Shown piece by piece: positions 37,861 to 51,254 of a stretch of DNA of 64,000 bases (position 1 is the first letter of the stretch; every line of letters starts with the position of its first letter). The position numbers and the translations under genes were made by a program. Source of the stretch: Takakia lepidozioides (taxonomy: Eukaryota > Plantae > Bryophyta); assembly GCA_030704615.1 (NCBI GenBank), contig CM060732.1, positions 66,526,001 through 66,590,000 of the forward strand, in the 5' to 3' direction. Below the pieces are notes generated by a model. It saw nothing but the letters and a program-made list of their open reading frames with translations, searched no databases and was not told where the DNA came from.

Positions 37861-40800
37861 CTTGGTATCAGAGCTTAGAGTTCAGTACGCGATCGTCCTT
37901 GGATTGGCCTCATCATGGGGTCGGGCAAGCCGAAGCGAAAGCGGAACGGCCCAAAAGATGATGATCCTGGTGAGCCCGATGGGGCGACGTGTCACCGAGG
38001 CGGCCGTTTGAGGAAGCGATGCATGTTTCCGAAAACGAGGCCGCTCAAGAGCGGGAGGAATCCGAGGAGTCGGAGCCCGAGGAATCCTTGAGAGCTCCGA
38101 CAAACCAAGAGATGCCTCCCATGCCGGCAGCCTTTTGGGAAGGGTTGTTGGCGCAGTTTGGCGGGACGTTGAAAGACGTGTTGAAGGCGGCTAATGCCAC
38201 TTCCACTAAGGCAAAGTTTAAGGTGAAGCCTAAGGAACCCGGCACCTTCGAGGGCGTCCGAAATCGGAAGGCACTCAACACCTGGCTCCTGGAGCTAGAG
38301 CAGTACTTCCGGGCGGCCAAGTTGAGTGACGAGGATCGGGTGGAAGTGGCTCCCACCTATTTGAGGGCTATGCTCAACAATGGTGGCAGAAACGCCTTCA
38401 CGACCGAGGTCCAAGCCGGAAACCTTGAACTGGAGTGGGTTCAAGGAATTGATGAAGAGACAGTTTGTGCCCCTCAACGCGTCCTGGCTTGCCCGGGACA
38501 AGATGAGGAATTTGAAGCAAACAGATGACATTCGGGGTATGTCCAGGCTTTCAATGTGCTGTTGCTCGAAGTCGCGGACATGGCAGAACCAGAAATGGTC
38601 TTCAACTTTGTGGCGGGACTGGCCCCATGGGCCAGGCGGAAGTTGGAGGAGAAGCCACCAAGACTTTGAACGAGGCAATTGAGAGGGCTGAATGTTTCTC
38701 GGATGTCCCTAGGGTGAAGACAAGGCCGTACGGAGCTGAACCACAAGAAGACCCGGCGGGAAGGTGACTCCTTCCGACCGGAAAAGAAGTGGGATAGGCC
38801 ACGCGGCGACAATGGCACGTGGAAATCGAAGGGAGGGCCTTCACACGTCAAGGCGGCACCCGGTGCTTCGAAAGGAAAAGCGGGTGGAGCGGCTTATGGC
38901 GGACAGAAGGCGACCTTTGATGGAGTGTGTTTCAATTGCGGGGAGCCGGGCACATGGCCAAGAAGTGCACGAAGCCCCGACAATTGAACATGACTCGGGC
39001 GACCACGGAGCTGTCGGAAGATACCATCAGTCGCTTGGTGGAAGCGGTGGTCGCCAGGACTTGCAAGGTAGGCAAATTTTCTTGTGAGTTGTATCAGGAA
39101 ACTGGCGCCTTACGTAAAGGGAGTCAGTTATTGTTCGTGGATGGGATAATATCCGGAACTAACGTGTCGTTGTTGGTGGACACAGGAGCGTCGCACTCCT
39201 TCATGACACCGGCAACGGCACAAAAGCTGGGACTCCCGACAAGTGACGTGGGGGCCTCTATTGAGGTGCGTTCTGCCAAAGGAGAACCACAGTTGGCGAC
39301 AAGGTTGGCGTTTGATGTTCCTCTTCAACTGGGAGTTGGGAGGGACGTGAGAACTTCACCATCTGCGAGATCGATGGAGTGGATCTCATTTTGGGGATGA
39401 CCTTTTTGAGCAAATCCGGAGCGGTCATAGATGGCCGCAAGAGAGTAGTCACGCTGCCATGTGGGAATGGTGGCGAGGTCTTACGAGTGTCGGAAACGCC
39501 CAAATCCGTGGGAGGGCGAATAAACCTTCTGTCAGCAAGGAGTGGGCCGTGGAGGAGGCACACGAGCCCCAGTTTTTGCTTTACATTAGAGAAGTGAAGG
39601 GAGAAGGCGATGGGGAGCCGAGCCCAGATTGGATCAAGGGGATTTTGGAGAAATACCAGGATGTGATGCCGGAGGATTTACCAAGCGGCTTGCCACCGCG
39701 AAGAGGAGTTGACCACAAGATTGAGGTGATACCGGGATCGGAACCGCCCTGCCAAGGCCCCTACCGGTTGAGCCACAGAGAGTTGGTCGAGCTGAAGACT
39801 CAGCTCAAGGATCTAATGTCAAAGGGGTACATCCGGCCGAGTAAGTCACCTTACGGAGCCCCGGTGCTATTCGCAGACAAGAAGGATGGGACGCTGCGGA
39901 TGTGTGTCGATTACAGGGCTCTGAATAAGGTGACTATCAAAAACCGGTACCCTTTGCCAAGGATCGACGACCTTTCGATCGGTTGGCAGGAGCGAAGTAT
40001 TTCAGCCGGATCGACTTGCGCTCCGGCTATCATCAAATTCGGTGGCGGAAGGAGATGAGGAGAAGACCGCGTGCAGGACAAGGTATGGTTCATATGAGTT
40101 CTTGGTGATGCCTTTTGGGCTCACCAATGCACCGCGACCTTTAGCACGCTGATGAACTTTTTCAGGAGTGGTTGGATGACTTTGTGATCGTGTACATCGA
40201 CGACATCTTGGTGTACTCGAAAACAAAGGAGGAGCACCTGGAGCACCTCAAAAGGGTGTTCCAAAATTGCGGGAAGGGAAGCTGTATGCCAAAGCTTCAA
40301 AGTGCGAATTCGGGGTCACAAAAGTGGAGTTCTGGGGCATGTGATTACACAGGATGGGATCAAAATGGATGACAGAAAGGTGAGGGCGATCTTGGACTGG
40401 GAGCCTCCGACTTCGGTCCCGGGAGTGCGATCCTTCCTAGGACTCGCCTCCTATTACCGGAAGTATGTGAGAAATTTCGCCAAGATCGCGGGGGCCGCTG
40501 TCGGACCTTCTGTGTAAATCCAAAGTCTGGGTATGGAACACTTTTGTGGCCAAGCTTTTGCTGAATTGAAGCAGCGGATGGCGGAAGCTCCAGTCTTGAA
40601 AATCCCGGAGTTCGATCGTCCATTTGAGATTCATACAGATGCGTCGGACTTCGCGATTGGGGTGTACTTATGCAAGATGGACGTCCAGTGGCTTACGAAA
40701 GTAAGAAACTGAATGAAGTGGAGCGACGCGGGGCCGACGCACAAAAAATAGATGAAGGCTGGTGCATTGCCTTGAGCTTTGGCGCCACTATGTTGGTTCC

Positions 40801-43347
40801 AACCCAGTGAAGGTGTTCACGGACAATGTCACGAGTGAAGTATTTTGCACGCAGCCCAAGTTGTCCCAAAACAACTTAGGTGGCAAGATACTTGGCGGTT
40901 TCGACGTGGATATCCAGTACAAACCGGGACGAGACAACGTGGTGGCCGATGCTTTAAGTAGAAAGCAGCAGCTCTGTTGGTGTACAAGGGCGAGACGACG
41001 CTCCAAAGGAAGATCGAAAGGCTTGCCGGAAGGATGAGCTGGCGAAGTCCGTGATGCAGGGACTTGAGGATGGGGGTTAAATCGCAGTTCCACTTGCAAA
41101 ATGGACTGCTCCGGTATAAGCAAAAACGTCTCTACGTGCCGAAGGGAGGGATCAGAGATAGTCTCTTGAGAGAATGCCATGATAGCCCGCTTGCGGGCCA
41201 CGGCGGAGCCAAGCGCACTGCGGCACTCTTGAAGAAAGAGTATTTCTGGCCCAAACTGAGGGAGGAGGCAGGAGGAGTATGTCAAGACATGCACCACATG
41301 CCAACAAAACCGGAGCGAGTACAAAAAGCGAGCGAGGGGCGTGTTACAACCCTTGCCGATTCCAGAGGGGATTGGGGAAAGCGTCTCGATGGATTTCATG
41401 ACTGCTATGCCGCTGTCAAAAGAATTCGATGCAATCATGGTGGTGGTGGATAGGTTCAGTAAAATGGGCCATTTCATCCCACCAAGGAGACGGCAACGGC
41501 GCAGGAGACAGGGCGACTTTACTTCGCCCACGTCTTAAAGCATCATGGAGTCCGAAGGATATTGTCTCGGACCGCGATCCAAAGTTCACGAGTAAATTTT
41601 GGAGGGCACTTTGGAAGAAGATGGGGACGAGGCTGAAGATGAGCACCGCCTTCCGACCTACAACGACGGCAAACAGAAAGAGTGAATTCCGTAGTGAAGC
41701 AGATCTTGCGGAATTACGTGTCGGCAGACCAAACAGATTGGTGGAACACTTAGACGCGGCAGAGTTCTGTTATAATAACACAGAACACTCCGCAACGGGA
41801 GTTTCCCCTTTCGTATTGGTCTATGGAAAATCACCTCTGGTGCCGACAAGTTGGGCCGCCCAGGACGTTGAGGAACCGGCAGAGAGCGGCGGTACTGGAA
41901 GAACGCGAGCGTTTGTTGAAGCTCGCAAAGTACAACATTGCCAAAGCTAGGAAACGGTATGAAAGGCAGGCGAATCGGAAGCGGAGGGAAGTGAAGTTTG
42001 AGGCAGGCACAGAGGTCTGGTTGAACATCAAGAATTTTCGACTACCTCCGGAAGTGAGTCCGAAGTTCGTACCTCCGTATGCGGGACCCTTTCGCATTCG
42101 GAAGGTTATGAATGAGGATGTGTATGAATTGGAGCTACCGGCAAACAGCAAGGTGCACCCAGTATTCCATGTCTCCCTTTTGAAGCCTTACTTCAAAGAT
42201 GAAGCGCGTCCGAATCGGCATCAAGTGTTGCGTCGCCACCTATGCTGTTGGATCATGAAAATGAACCTGAGTACGAGGTGGGCAATACTTAAGTCGAGGA
42301 GGTTCAGGAACCGAGAAACGGAGTATCTCGTCAAATGGAAGGGCTATCATCATGTGGAGGCATCTTGGGTGCGTGCCTCAGAAATGGGAAACGCATCCGA
42401 GGCGGTTGCAGCTTCGAAGGGCGACTCAAAAGCGGGAAGAAGCGTTGATGGGGACATCAACCTTGGAGCGTGGGGGAGGAAATGCATGCTTAGCCCGGCT
42501 TAGCTAGCTTAGGAATCCGATTGCAAAAAACTTGTATTGTACAAAACATGCTATAAATGAAATGGCTTCCAAATGTTGTGCGTCCTTTTGTTTGGAATGG
42601 TGATGCATGGTATGGTTGGCTAGTGTGTAGAATGCATGCTAGCTTATAAAAGGGAGAGGGTAAATTGGGTTAATCGTGTGTTTGCGTAGTGCCGAAATCG
42701 GGTGACCCCCATCCAAGGGGCAATGGAAACTTGCGCCTTCTTTGGAGTTCACGTGCTAGTGCGCACTGGCGCGTGCGCGTACTATAACTGCGCTACCGAG
42801 GTGGTGCCTTGTAGTGCGGGCTAACGCGAAGCTACGTGCTTCCGTTCACGTACTATAATCGTGTAGCCTCGGGACGAAGTCGTAGTGCGGCTTCGACGTG
42901 TTCCCGTACCTCAGGCCAGCATCCCAAGACGGACCCAATTGTAGTGATTGGGGCGCACGGTTGGTTCAAGTTTATCTTCCTAGTCAAAGGGGGTTCGAGG
43001 TGAACCCTTGCGCAAAGTGATGCCAAAGGCGGCATCATGAGCGATCGCAAGCAATGTTGTTGCAGTAAGGCGATTCGATCCTCGGGGAGGATCGTTCCTT
43101 GGCCTTGAAGTAGGCCAAGAAGAGTGCACGGGGAGGAGCTGGAGAGGGCTCTACCCTGGCCAGGACTTGGAGGAAGTCGGCCGAACTAGCTAGTGGAGAG
43201 TAGAGTCAAGTGTGGGGTTTGGTTCTTTGCCATGGGACGCCATGGTACGGAAACAAACTCCTTGATGTGGGACGCCACAACTTGGATGTTCGTTTCTACA
43301 AAATGGACAAGTCGATGAGGACATCGACTCCCTGTTGGTAGGGGGTG

Positions 43348-44070
43348 TGTCGCGGCCCTTGCCTTGAGGGCGGGGGGGGGTCGGGACACATGAGGGGCTG
43401 CCCTGTGGTGGCGGGCAGCGGCAGCGATAAGTATGGGGGGGCTGAAGCACCCTTGAGTGCCCAAGGCACTCAAGGAGGCGGAGGCGCTCACTAGGTGGAG
43501 CCCCGCACACCGGGTTGCGGTGGGGGTGGCTCCACAAGGGGTGGTGGTAGCTTAGCGGGACTTAGTGGGGGTGGCATAGGACTCACCATGGGGGCGGAGA
43601 CCTCGTGGTGGGAGTCGTGGGGAGTCTTGGGACTCATCACACGGTCCATAGGGGTCGTGGTGAGTGGGGCAAGACTCACCGCGACTCATCACGGAGTCGA
43701 GGGTTTTGTGGTGGTTCGCCATAAAATGGCATGGCTGGTTGTGAAACCCCCGCGGAAAGCTACAGAAGTATATATAGGGAGTAGTAACCGAGAACGGTGC
43801 AAGCCGTTGGTGACCAAAAACTAGTGAGTGGGCGAGCGAGCCGGAAAGCGACCAAGAGTGGGGAGCTGTTCCGGACTGCCAACTACCAAAGGGAATTCCC
43901 GCTGGTCCAAATCGGGTGGAGGGTTCTTTGGGAGAAACAAAGGGGGACCGTTATGCCCCGGTGAGCAGCCGAAGCTCCAAGTGGCCAGGTGGCCAAGGTG
44001 GGAGTCAGGCGCGCGCATCAAAGAGTAACTATGACTTGAGGGGGAGCTTACCGAAGTGAGGTGCGCGACA
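43348..44070 (+). repeat. 3' LTR
   Basis: Preceded by the PPT and followed by the TSD CTTGT. Confidence 0.95.
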
Positions 44071-46658
44071 CTTGTCAAGTCTACGATCCAGTTGTACCAA
44101 CGAAGTTATGACAATTGCAGTTTGTGACATGCAATCCGAGGATACGGAATCCCAGAAGAAATGTGGAATTCCCTGATACGTGTCATGGGCTGCCATGGCT
44201 TGCCATCTCCAATTTCGCAGGGTTCATGGGCGGTAGGCTCAAAAAATTTCAATGCTGTTCGTATTGTCTTCGGATCGGGCGACCAAAACAGGCCTTATGC
44301 CAGGAAGAGAGCGTAAATGTCTATTCCATTGGACACAATCTCTGGAAAAACATACAAAGTCGGACAATAAACCAGAGATGCAGACTCAGCACCGTAAATT
44401 GTGCAAAGAGTACAAAGATGCTAGAATAATGAAGGAGGCGGACAATTTGTTCCAGACATTCGTGCCTGGTGGTTCTCTCTGGAGTTGCATCACTTGAGAG
44501 TATGAGAGCATTGGAAGATTGGCTGGCGTTTTGGCACTTCCGGTATAGACAGTGGGGAGCAGCCATGCCATGGTACGAGACTTATATATTGCTTTATTCA
44601 TACATTTGCTTTCCATTTTATTGTGTCCTCGCTTTCTTTATGTTGTTTTCTGTTCACTGTTTTGAAGTGTGGTTCTGCACTTTACAGAAACATGTCATTG
44701 AGGAAATGGCGGATATGCCATCTTGCAATTTGGCAGAAACTGTGCACAACGCATGGTTGCAGCAGTCTGGGAAACGAGGTCGGGATTTGTATGTAGCAAC
44801 AACAGATGATTTGATACGTGCCTTGCAACAACAAACCGATACCGTGATTTCTTAGAGGTAGGGGTGGTGGCAAGGGTCCGGACAAATGGGAGTTGATGTT
44901 GCGTGCTGCAAACAGATCTGGGGATCCAATCAAGATAGCACGGGCGGTGAGCATGTATGCCAAGGAACGCCACTTATTTCTAGAGTTCCACATCTTGAGG
45001 GGAGGAGAGATTCGGCTCCTGTAAGAGGAATTGAACACTCCACCTGGTTCGGATTCAGATTCCCACAGGGCAGACCGTGATAATTTCTCGAAGCCTCGTG
45101 TTCCCCTGCATGACAGCTCAATGTCCGGAACCTCCATTCTGGAGGAACCTCCAACACGACGGCAAGCTCCAAAATCAAACGGTGCCACTGAAATGGTGCA
45201 GGAGAGAAACAACCCCTTGATGTGCTTGAGTCCGCATGCCCGACAACATTTGGCACATAGAACGCACAAGTGTAGGGTCTCGTGTGAAATGTACAGCGAT
45301 CAGGGCAACTAATTTCGAGAAGTGCACTTCATCTATATCCAGAGTGGTGCCCCGAACTCCTGCTCCGACTTTCATGGGCTTGATGCGTCCATATGGTCAA
45401 CCAGAAGCCAAGAACCACAAGTTCTGGTTCTGCGCAGATGATTGTGCCAGATGTGTGCATGGAAATGTGCGTCCTTCCGTAGTGATGAAGCTATCTCTCC
45501 AACGTTTGGCCCATGAAGGTGGAACACATCTCAGCTTTCAGGAGATGAAATGCTAGAGGAGGCAGGTTTTTCCCTTACGGACAACCCCAATCCAGCATGT
45601 GCTATTACTTCTGCGTCCTCCGGGTCCCCCCGGCAAATCCTGATTGTGGCCAACCAATGAGATGGAAAGCTCGTTCGGCGTTTCCCTCCAACCGCTGTGA
45701 ACACTTTGGCAAAGTGGAGTCCGCAAGAATGCTCCAAGCTCGTGTTGGAAGCACCACGGAAGTACCCGATCCAGGATATGGTCGGGTATTCACAATCATC
45801 ACTTCTACATCTGCTGTTCATGACAGGACCTACGACATCACGGTTTCCAATTCCCCAATTGCACATGTCCTGATTTTGTGAATATGCTATCAACAGTTTG
45901 GGCAAAGAGGTAAATTCATACCCTGCAAACATTTGTATTTCATATTTTTGAAGAGGATGGTTGCGATCCCAAATGTGACAACTTCATTCACCAGGCCACT
46001 ATGAGTTTCAACGAGGTCGATACTCTTTTGCAGAGGGATACAACACATGGGTAGCATCAACTATGCAATGTGGTATGTGGACGACCATGATTTGAAATGT
46101 GTAATTCACATCAATTTGTCGGCGGTTGCAATGATATGGCCTCAAACTATACGAGTGAGCTCTGAGTGACAACTTTAGGTAGTGCACATTGTCATTGCAC
46201 CGTTCGAAGTCTACATGTGATCGCTATGCACTACAATCATCTTTTGAAGATGATCCTAACTCTCATGTTATTGAGGAGGGAGGAAGTCTTCCCGTGGCAG
46301 CCTTTATGGCGCACACTTTGTGAGGATATTTTTTCGTCTCGTAATTGTAAAAGTGAAACAAACATTTGTAATTGCACATGTTGGATGCTGCAATTGTAGG
46401 CCTCAATGCTCGTCTTGATTCGATTTAGGCAAGATTCCTGCATTATTCCACGGTCATAGGACCATCCTCGGTTATAGGCGGCGCATGTTAATGCTGACGT
46501 GGCAGATGACGGACAGTGCCACGTCATCATTTACCGCCACATCAGCATGCTGACATGACGCTCACGCCAGTCAGCATGTGTGCAGGCTCACGCCACGTCA
46601 GCTGGCGTGAGCGTACGCTCGCGCGCTCACGCGCAACGCTCACGCCATTGCGTCGTTG

Positions 46659-48650
46659 GATTGGTTGCCATCAACAACAACAGTCGATCGTCCAACAATT
46701 AAAAGAAGGATGAGAATCGCTTGTCCAGAGTGCACCAAGGGAGTGGTGGTTTTAAACATTGTGATCTCCTCCATGGTATAGAGTTCCCTCTCTCTTGTCC
46801 TGTAGACTATTTCCTCAGGTGCAAAGATTGAAAGCAGAACTCGTATTTCCATGTTCATGAATGATTCCTTCCATTCAATGTTTGCCGCTTAATTTTACCT
46901 ACATCTAAGATTTGTCCAGAGCCAATATTCGTTGTGGCTGCGCACCTTAGAGTTGACATGTTGAACTTAATCGACTTAGGATTTGTTTGTGACCAGTGGA
47001 GAATCAGTCGCATTTATTACGAAGACCCTCCCGGTTTCTACTTTCAAACATCCAAATCGCACATGATGATGACGCCATACACAATCTTACTTTAGTATTT
47101 TCTCAGGTTATAAAGCACTAGAGTGCTCAAATGTGCAAATGCATCTTATTATTCAATGTGCCGGACTAAGTTAATTCTCCAAGACCAAATGTTCTATGAA
47201 CTGGTACTGTCTGTGGTCTGTTTCATAATTTCGGAAGGTAAAAGCCTGCGGCAAGTTGAGGTTGTACACATGATACTGATAAAAATTGGATGTCATTGTC
47301 CTCCGAAGAGTCCCTGGAACGAGTGTTGGCCTCATCAAACGGCTTGACGTACGTCAGGAATAACTTGTACGGTAGAATGGCCCATGCTGCTGTGAGCCTT
47401 TCAGGCTTTCTGAATCTAACGGTTTCACATTTCATTCAGATGATACGCGTATCGTACGATATGGAAGTGCAGCTTGACAATGGCCCTGTGGCAGAATGCT
47501 TCTGTGAACAGTGTAAATCTACTCGTGAACGTGATCTGAGCAATGCAGTGAGCAACGTGCCATAGAGAAACTGCTTGTGAGATACAACAAGCTGAAGAGA
47601 AGAAGAGACGGGGACTTGCAGGTAGTGACAATAGAGCTGGACAGTTGATGCTTCTAGTTCTGACGGCTTTTAAAACTGCCTGACTTTTGTTACCGATGTG
47701 TCGATGATAATTATTCGGTACCGTAGTATTAAATGGTGGAGATCCGAGGTTCCTTTATAACGTAGCTCGCTACTTCAAGAGAGTGAGACGGGAGATCGTA
47801 GCTATTGTGAGAATTGTACAAGAATCTTAGATGACAACATCCATGCTACAGAAAGCATTGACACAAGAAGAGTAAGTATAATGAGGTAGTAAGTCTCACA
47901 CAGTACTCACCAATTGATAGGATACACACACATGAGTATTGGGGGTCAGAGACTCAGAAAGTAAGAAGAGAAAAATAGAGGCCTTGAAAACGAGCTGAAA
48001 ACAGGATTGAGGAGCTTGACAAAGCGAACAGCCATGCAACTGAGAAAGAGGTTTTTTTTGGTTGTTTCTTTTTTTTCGCTGAGCTTATCAGCATCCCCAT
48101 GCAGTGCATCATGGGAGAGGGTACTTAGTACTTACACAATCTGGGCTTCCCATTAACCTTCTAGAGAGATTGCGAATCGACAGACGAATTTAAGAACTTC
48201 AATTATGATGACGGACGGTAGAGCAGTCAGTGCGTGTGCGCGAACAATTGCGAGATGCTGTGGTAAACACCCAAACACTTGCAACAAAGTCGGCTGGAAA
48301 ATATCCTCGTGAACAACCAACTGCCCAGTCAGGGTCCATTAACATCCTTGTCTACCCAAGTTACAAAAGCGCCTCATCAACCTGGTTTAGATCTAACAAT
48401 CGAAACAGCTAATTAACAAGCATACGCTTACTTAGATGAGACAATCTTGAGATAATCTGAGCAGTGCGCCTGTTATGCCGCCAAAGGTAATCGATCCGGA
48501 TACAAGGGTACATGCAGCAAGATTACGGCCACACTGCTGAGAGCTTTGATGAGCTTCATATATTATCATGCATATGATCCTGGATCATCGCTGCTGTGCC
48601 ACCACACTTAAGTTATAGCCCGCCACGCTCTTCGTGATCAAACGTTCGAA
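46659..48650 (+). repeat. Segmental duplication, copy B (paralog of ~15085-16715 and ~20020-20200)
   Basis: Collinear degenerate blocks; a ~310-bp internal segment is inverted relative to copy A. Confidence 0.8.
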
Positions 48651-48929
48651 TTGGGACCCGTTTTTCCATCCACCCAGCTTGTTTGTTGTTTCCATCCTTT
48701 GTGAGATCACCCTTCTTGGCAATTAGTGCCCTGTTCACGACTTCACCAAATCAGCACCAAATCTGTTCAACCGAATAAATCACGCCATCATGTCCCTCTG
48801 AATTCGAGTGGTTCTGAGCAGGCATGGCAAGAGGATTTCATATATAGACTAGGTATGCATCGTTGGATCGTTCCCCTGCTTACGAGTGACAATACATTGA
48901 GCAAAGAAATTATGCTAAACGACGACTTC

Positions 48930-49560
48930 ATCCAGGTTCTACAATAATCACGCACTCCCACCATTCCTGGTGATGCAGAATAATTGACCTCATCTGTAAA
49001 GCAGCAAATGCATAATTTCTGTACTCCATAAAACTCAGTCCACGCTCAAAACTACTGCACACTCGAGCATACCAGGAGTGCTTGAAACCTGCTATTTCGA
49101 GCCTAAAAAGATGTTGCGAGGGCTTTGCCACGAGCCCTTGGGTGGAAGGGCTTGTAACCTATTAAGAAAGATTGTAAGCCGGAAAAGTGCCTCGGTTTGA
49201 AGTGGCACGCATGCAAACTCTGCACATAGTCCTGATGTGAGAAGGAGTTGTGCCTCTGGCGCCAAACATTTCTTGGAGAAAAGATGGCAATGACTGCAAT
49301 GGTTCCAGATTTTTCTCCCACCAGAAATTGGGATACCATGTGCCCAGACCTCACAACCATACTTGGCGGCGGGGGGGGTGACAACGCTGTCAAATAGCCA
49401 CTTTGGTTGGGGGTGGTGGCGCTGGTGTATCTGTTTGCATTTGGCCTGAAGGCGGATGGAGTCGGCCTTGCCCTTCGCCAACTGTCGAGGGCTGTTGATT
49501 GCAACCTGGAATTTGGCAGAGTGGATAACCTGATCCAGGATTGGTATGATTGACAATTCA
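48930..49560 (-). mobile_element. Non-LTR retrotransposon (LINE) RT C-terminal fragment
   Basis: KWLFDSVVTP..KYGCEVW and AEFACVPLQ are typical of the RTE/L2-like LINE region downstream of RT. Confidence 0.6.
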
Positions 49561-50361
49561 ATTTCCTGTTGGTTGAAGAGATGAATCTGCGGTCTGCGTG
49601 CATAGGATGCCTGGATGGGTCCGTGGGACTCAGTAGAAAACAGAGGTTATGGGAAAAAATCGCGCAGAGCGGAGTACAACATAAATTAAGAACGTGCTAA
49701 GCAAACCCCAAAGTGTCGCCTCGAGACGAAGCCCCTCATCGGACAGAGGAAGACAGAAAAAACGAAAGAAGCTTTGCGACGTCCGCAGGGGGCCACGAGG
49801 GCCAATGGGTCTACAGAAAGGCTGCTAAGAGAAGGCAGATTGACCAACTTAGAGGCTTTCATTGCTCTTCCAAACTACTTGATCACTCCTGGGGCGGAAG
49901 GCTAAAGAACGTCCAAGTGAGAGCATTCTCTTTTACGGCTGCCCTAAGCACAACCAGACGCCTTGCAACATATATGATCTTTTTCACATTATTATTGTTT
50001 GTGAGAAGTAGTTGGCAACACTTTCCACATGCAAGCTCAAGAAAGATACACATCTACTAGACACAAAGACTTGTGTCAGCACCTTACAAGCATAGTATCA
50101 TAAAGACTAGAACAATATTAGTGACCATGAAAAGATACACCGGCTGACAGAACCTGCTCATGCAGTGTCACTACAGCAGTAAACCTTAGGACCAAGGTAA
50201 GTGCTGGCCTCACACATCTGCAGCAGCGTACAAACACATGAGGACTAAAAGAGAGCAGAGCCCATTGCTCTCAATGCTTAAGTAACTAGCACTGTAACTA
50301 CAACTACAGTGTCAAGAAGGATGACTCCAGTGTAATCTTGATGAGTTCTCTACAACCAAAA

Positions 50362-51254
50362 ATTATGCCCGTCCAGCCCATCCCCTCTCGATGTCAAACT
50401 TTGCTCCGACTACACTTCATCCCCGTCCTTTCAGCAGTTCATCTTGTAACCCGCTTTCAACGTCTCTCTCTCACACATTACAAAGTTTCTTTGTCTTTCT
50501 TCAGAAATGCTTGGCAGCTTGCCTGCACGAGGCCTTCACCCTTAGACAATCACTCGAGCAATAGTTTCTTATTCTTGCCTCTGGTTCTGTTTCCTCATGT
50601 TTTCTTCCATTTTGTCCCATAAGCTGGTAGATATAATCATCCAGAACTAGACAATGTAAGCAACCATATGTCGAAAGGGAATGACACAAGGAAACGCAAC
50701 ATATTTTGCACGATAAGAGCCGAATTTACTCACACTCAAAATCGGAGTCCACATCGAGATCCTCGTCAGGCGCTTCGGGCTCCTCCAGAAGTTCCTCCGT
50801 GGATGGGGCAGAAGTAGTGCCCGACTCAAGCTGATGAATCTCGCTTGAGAAGAGCTCCTTATCAGCCTCCATGCCGAAGAAGTGGCTTCCGGCGCTTTTG
50901 CACGCATGAAAAGATGCTCCTGCAAATCGAAGACGAACGAGAAATTAAAACAGGGCTTCCCTAAGCCCACTGCCCATATTTCAAATACAGTGTTCAGGCC
51001 CCACCTGTGCCAATAGACAAGTCAACCAGGTTGACAATGCCTCCTAAGACGGTAGTGGAGATATAAGAGGAGTCCTGAGGTAAGCTGAAGAAAGAAACTT
51101 TGTGATGCGAGAGAGAGAGAAGTGAAAGCGGGAATTTCTTGTTACAAGATGAACTGGTGTCCACTCTGGTGGTGAAAAGGACGCGGATGAATTGGAGTCG
51201 GAGCAGAATTTCGCATTCGAGAGGGGATTGAGGGCATAGGCTGCAGGGCATAAT
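50362..51254. repeat. Degenerate ~140-170 bp inverted repeat pair (50362-50503 / 51084-51254), foldback-like
   Basis: attatgccc...tcccctctcg...gctccgac...cagttcatcttgtaac...caaagtttcttt is mirrored on the other strand. Confidence 0.75.

Larger units (their letters stand above)
37144..44070 (+). mobile_element. Full-length chromovirus (Ty3/Gypsy with chromodomain) LTR retrotransposon nested in the MULE transposase
   Basis: TG...CA LTRs at 37144-37860 and 43348-44070; 5-bp TSD CTTGT; PBS TGGTATCAGAGC (tRNA-iMet); PPT GGTAGGGGGTG; gag, PR (LVDTGASHSF), RT (YIDD), RH, IN (GPF) and chromodomain (EYLVKWKGY...SW). Confidence 0.96.
35644..46054 (+). pseudogene. MULE transposase (GCM/WRKY-like zinc finger, DDE core with CxxH, C-terminal SWIM), interrupted by an LTR element
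   Basis: GHLRCDNLNC...CKFC...CVHFGFHNHPV; FLMFDHVK (D1); GFMADSAQ (D2, intact in the 24620-27802 copy); CLFHW; CNLAETVH (E); SWIM CTCPDF...CKHLY; intron at ~44572-44687. Confidence 0.88.
28270..46658 (+). mobile_element. Large Mutator-like element (MULE) with degenerate short TIRs and a ParB-methyltransferase cargo gene
   Basis: 9-bp TSD GATTGGTTG at 28261-28269 and 46659-46667. The ends CAGGGATGCCTTGGCGTGAGC and (reverse complement) CAACGACGCAATGGCGTGAGC align. The flanks rejoin into the paralog of 14880-15200. Confidence 0.9.

Noticed and set aside
24620-46658. A single transposon with multi-kb TIRs
   Set aside because: There is no convincing TSD at 24620/46658 (only GA), whereas 28270/46658 has a 9-bp TSD and flanks that rejoin a paralogous sequence.
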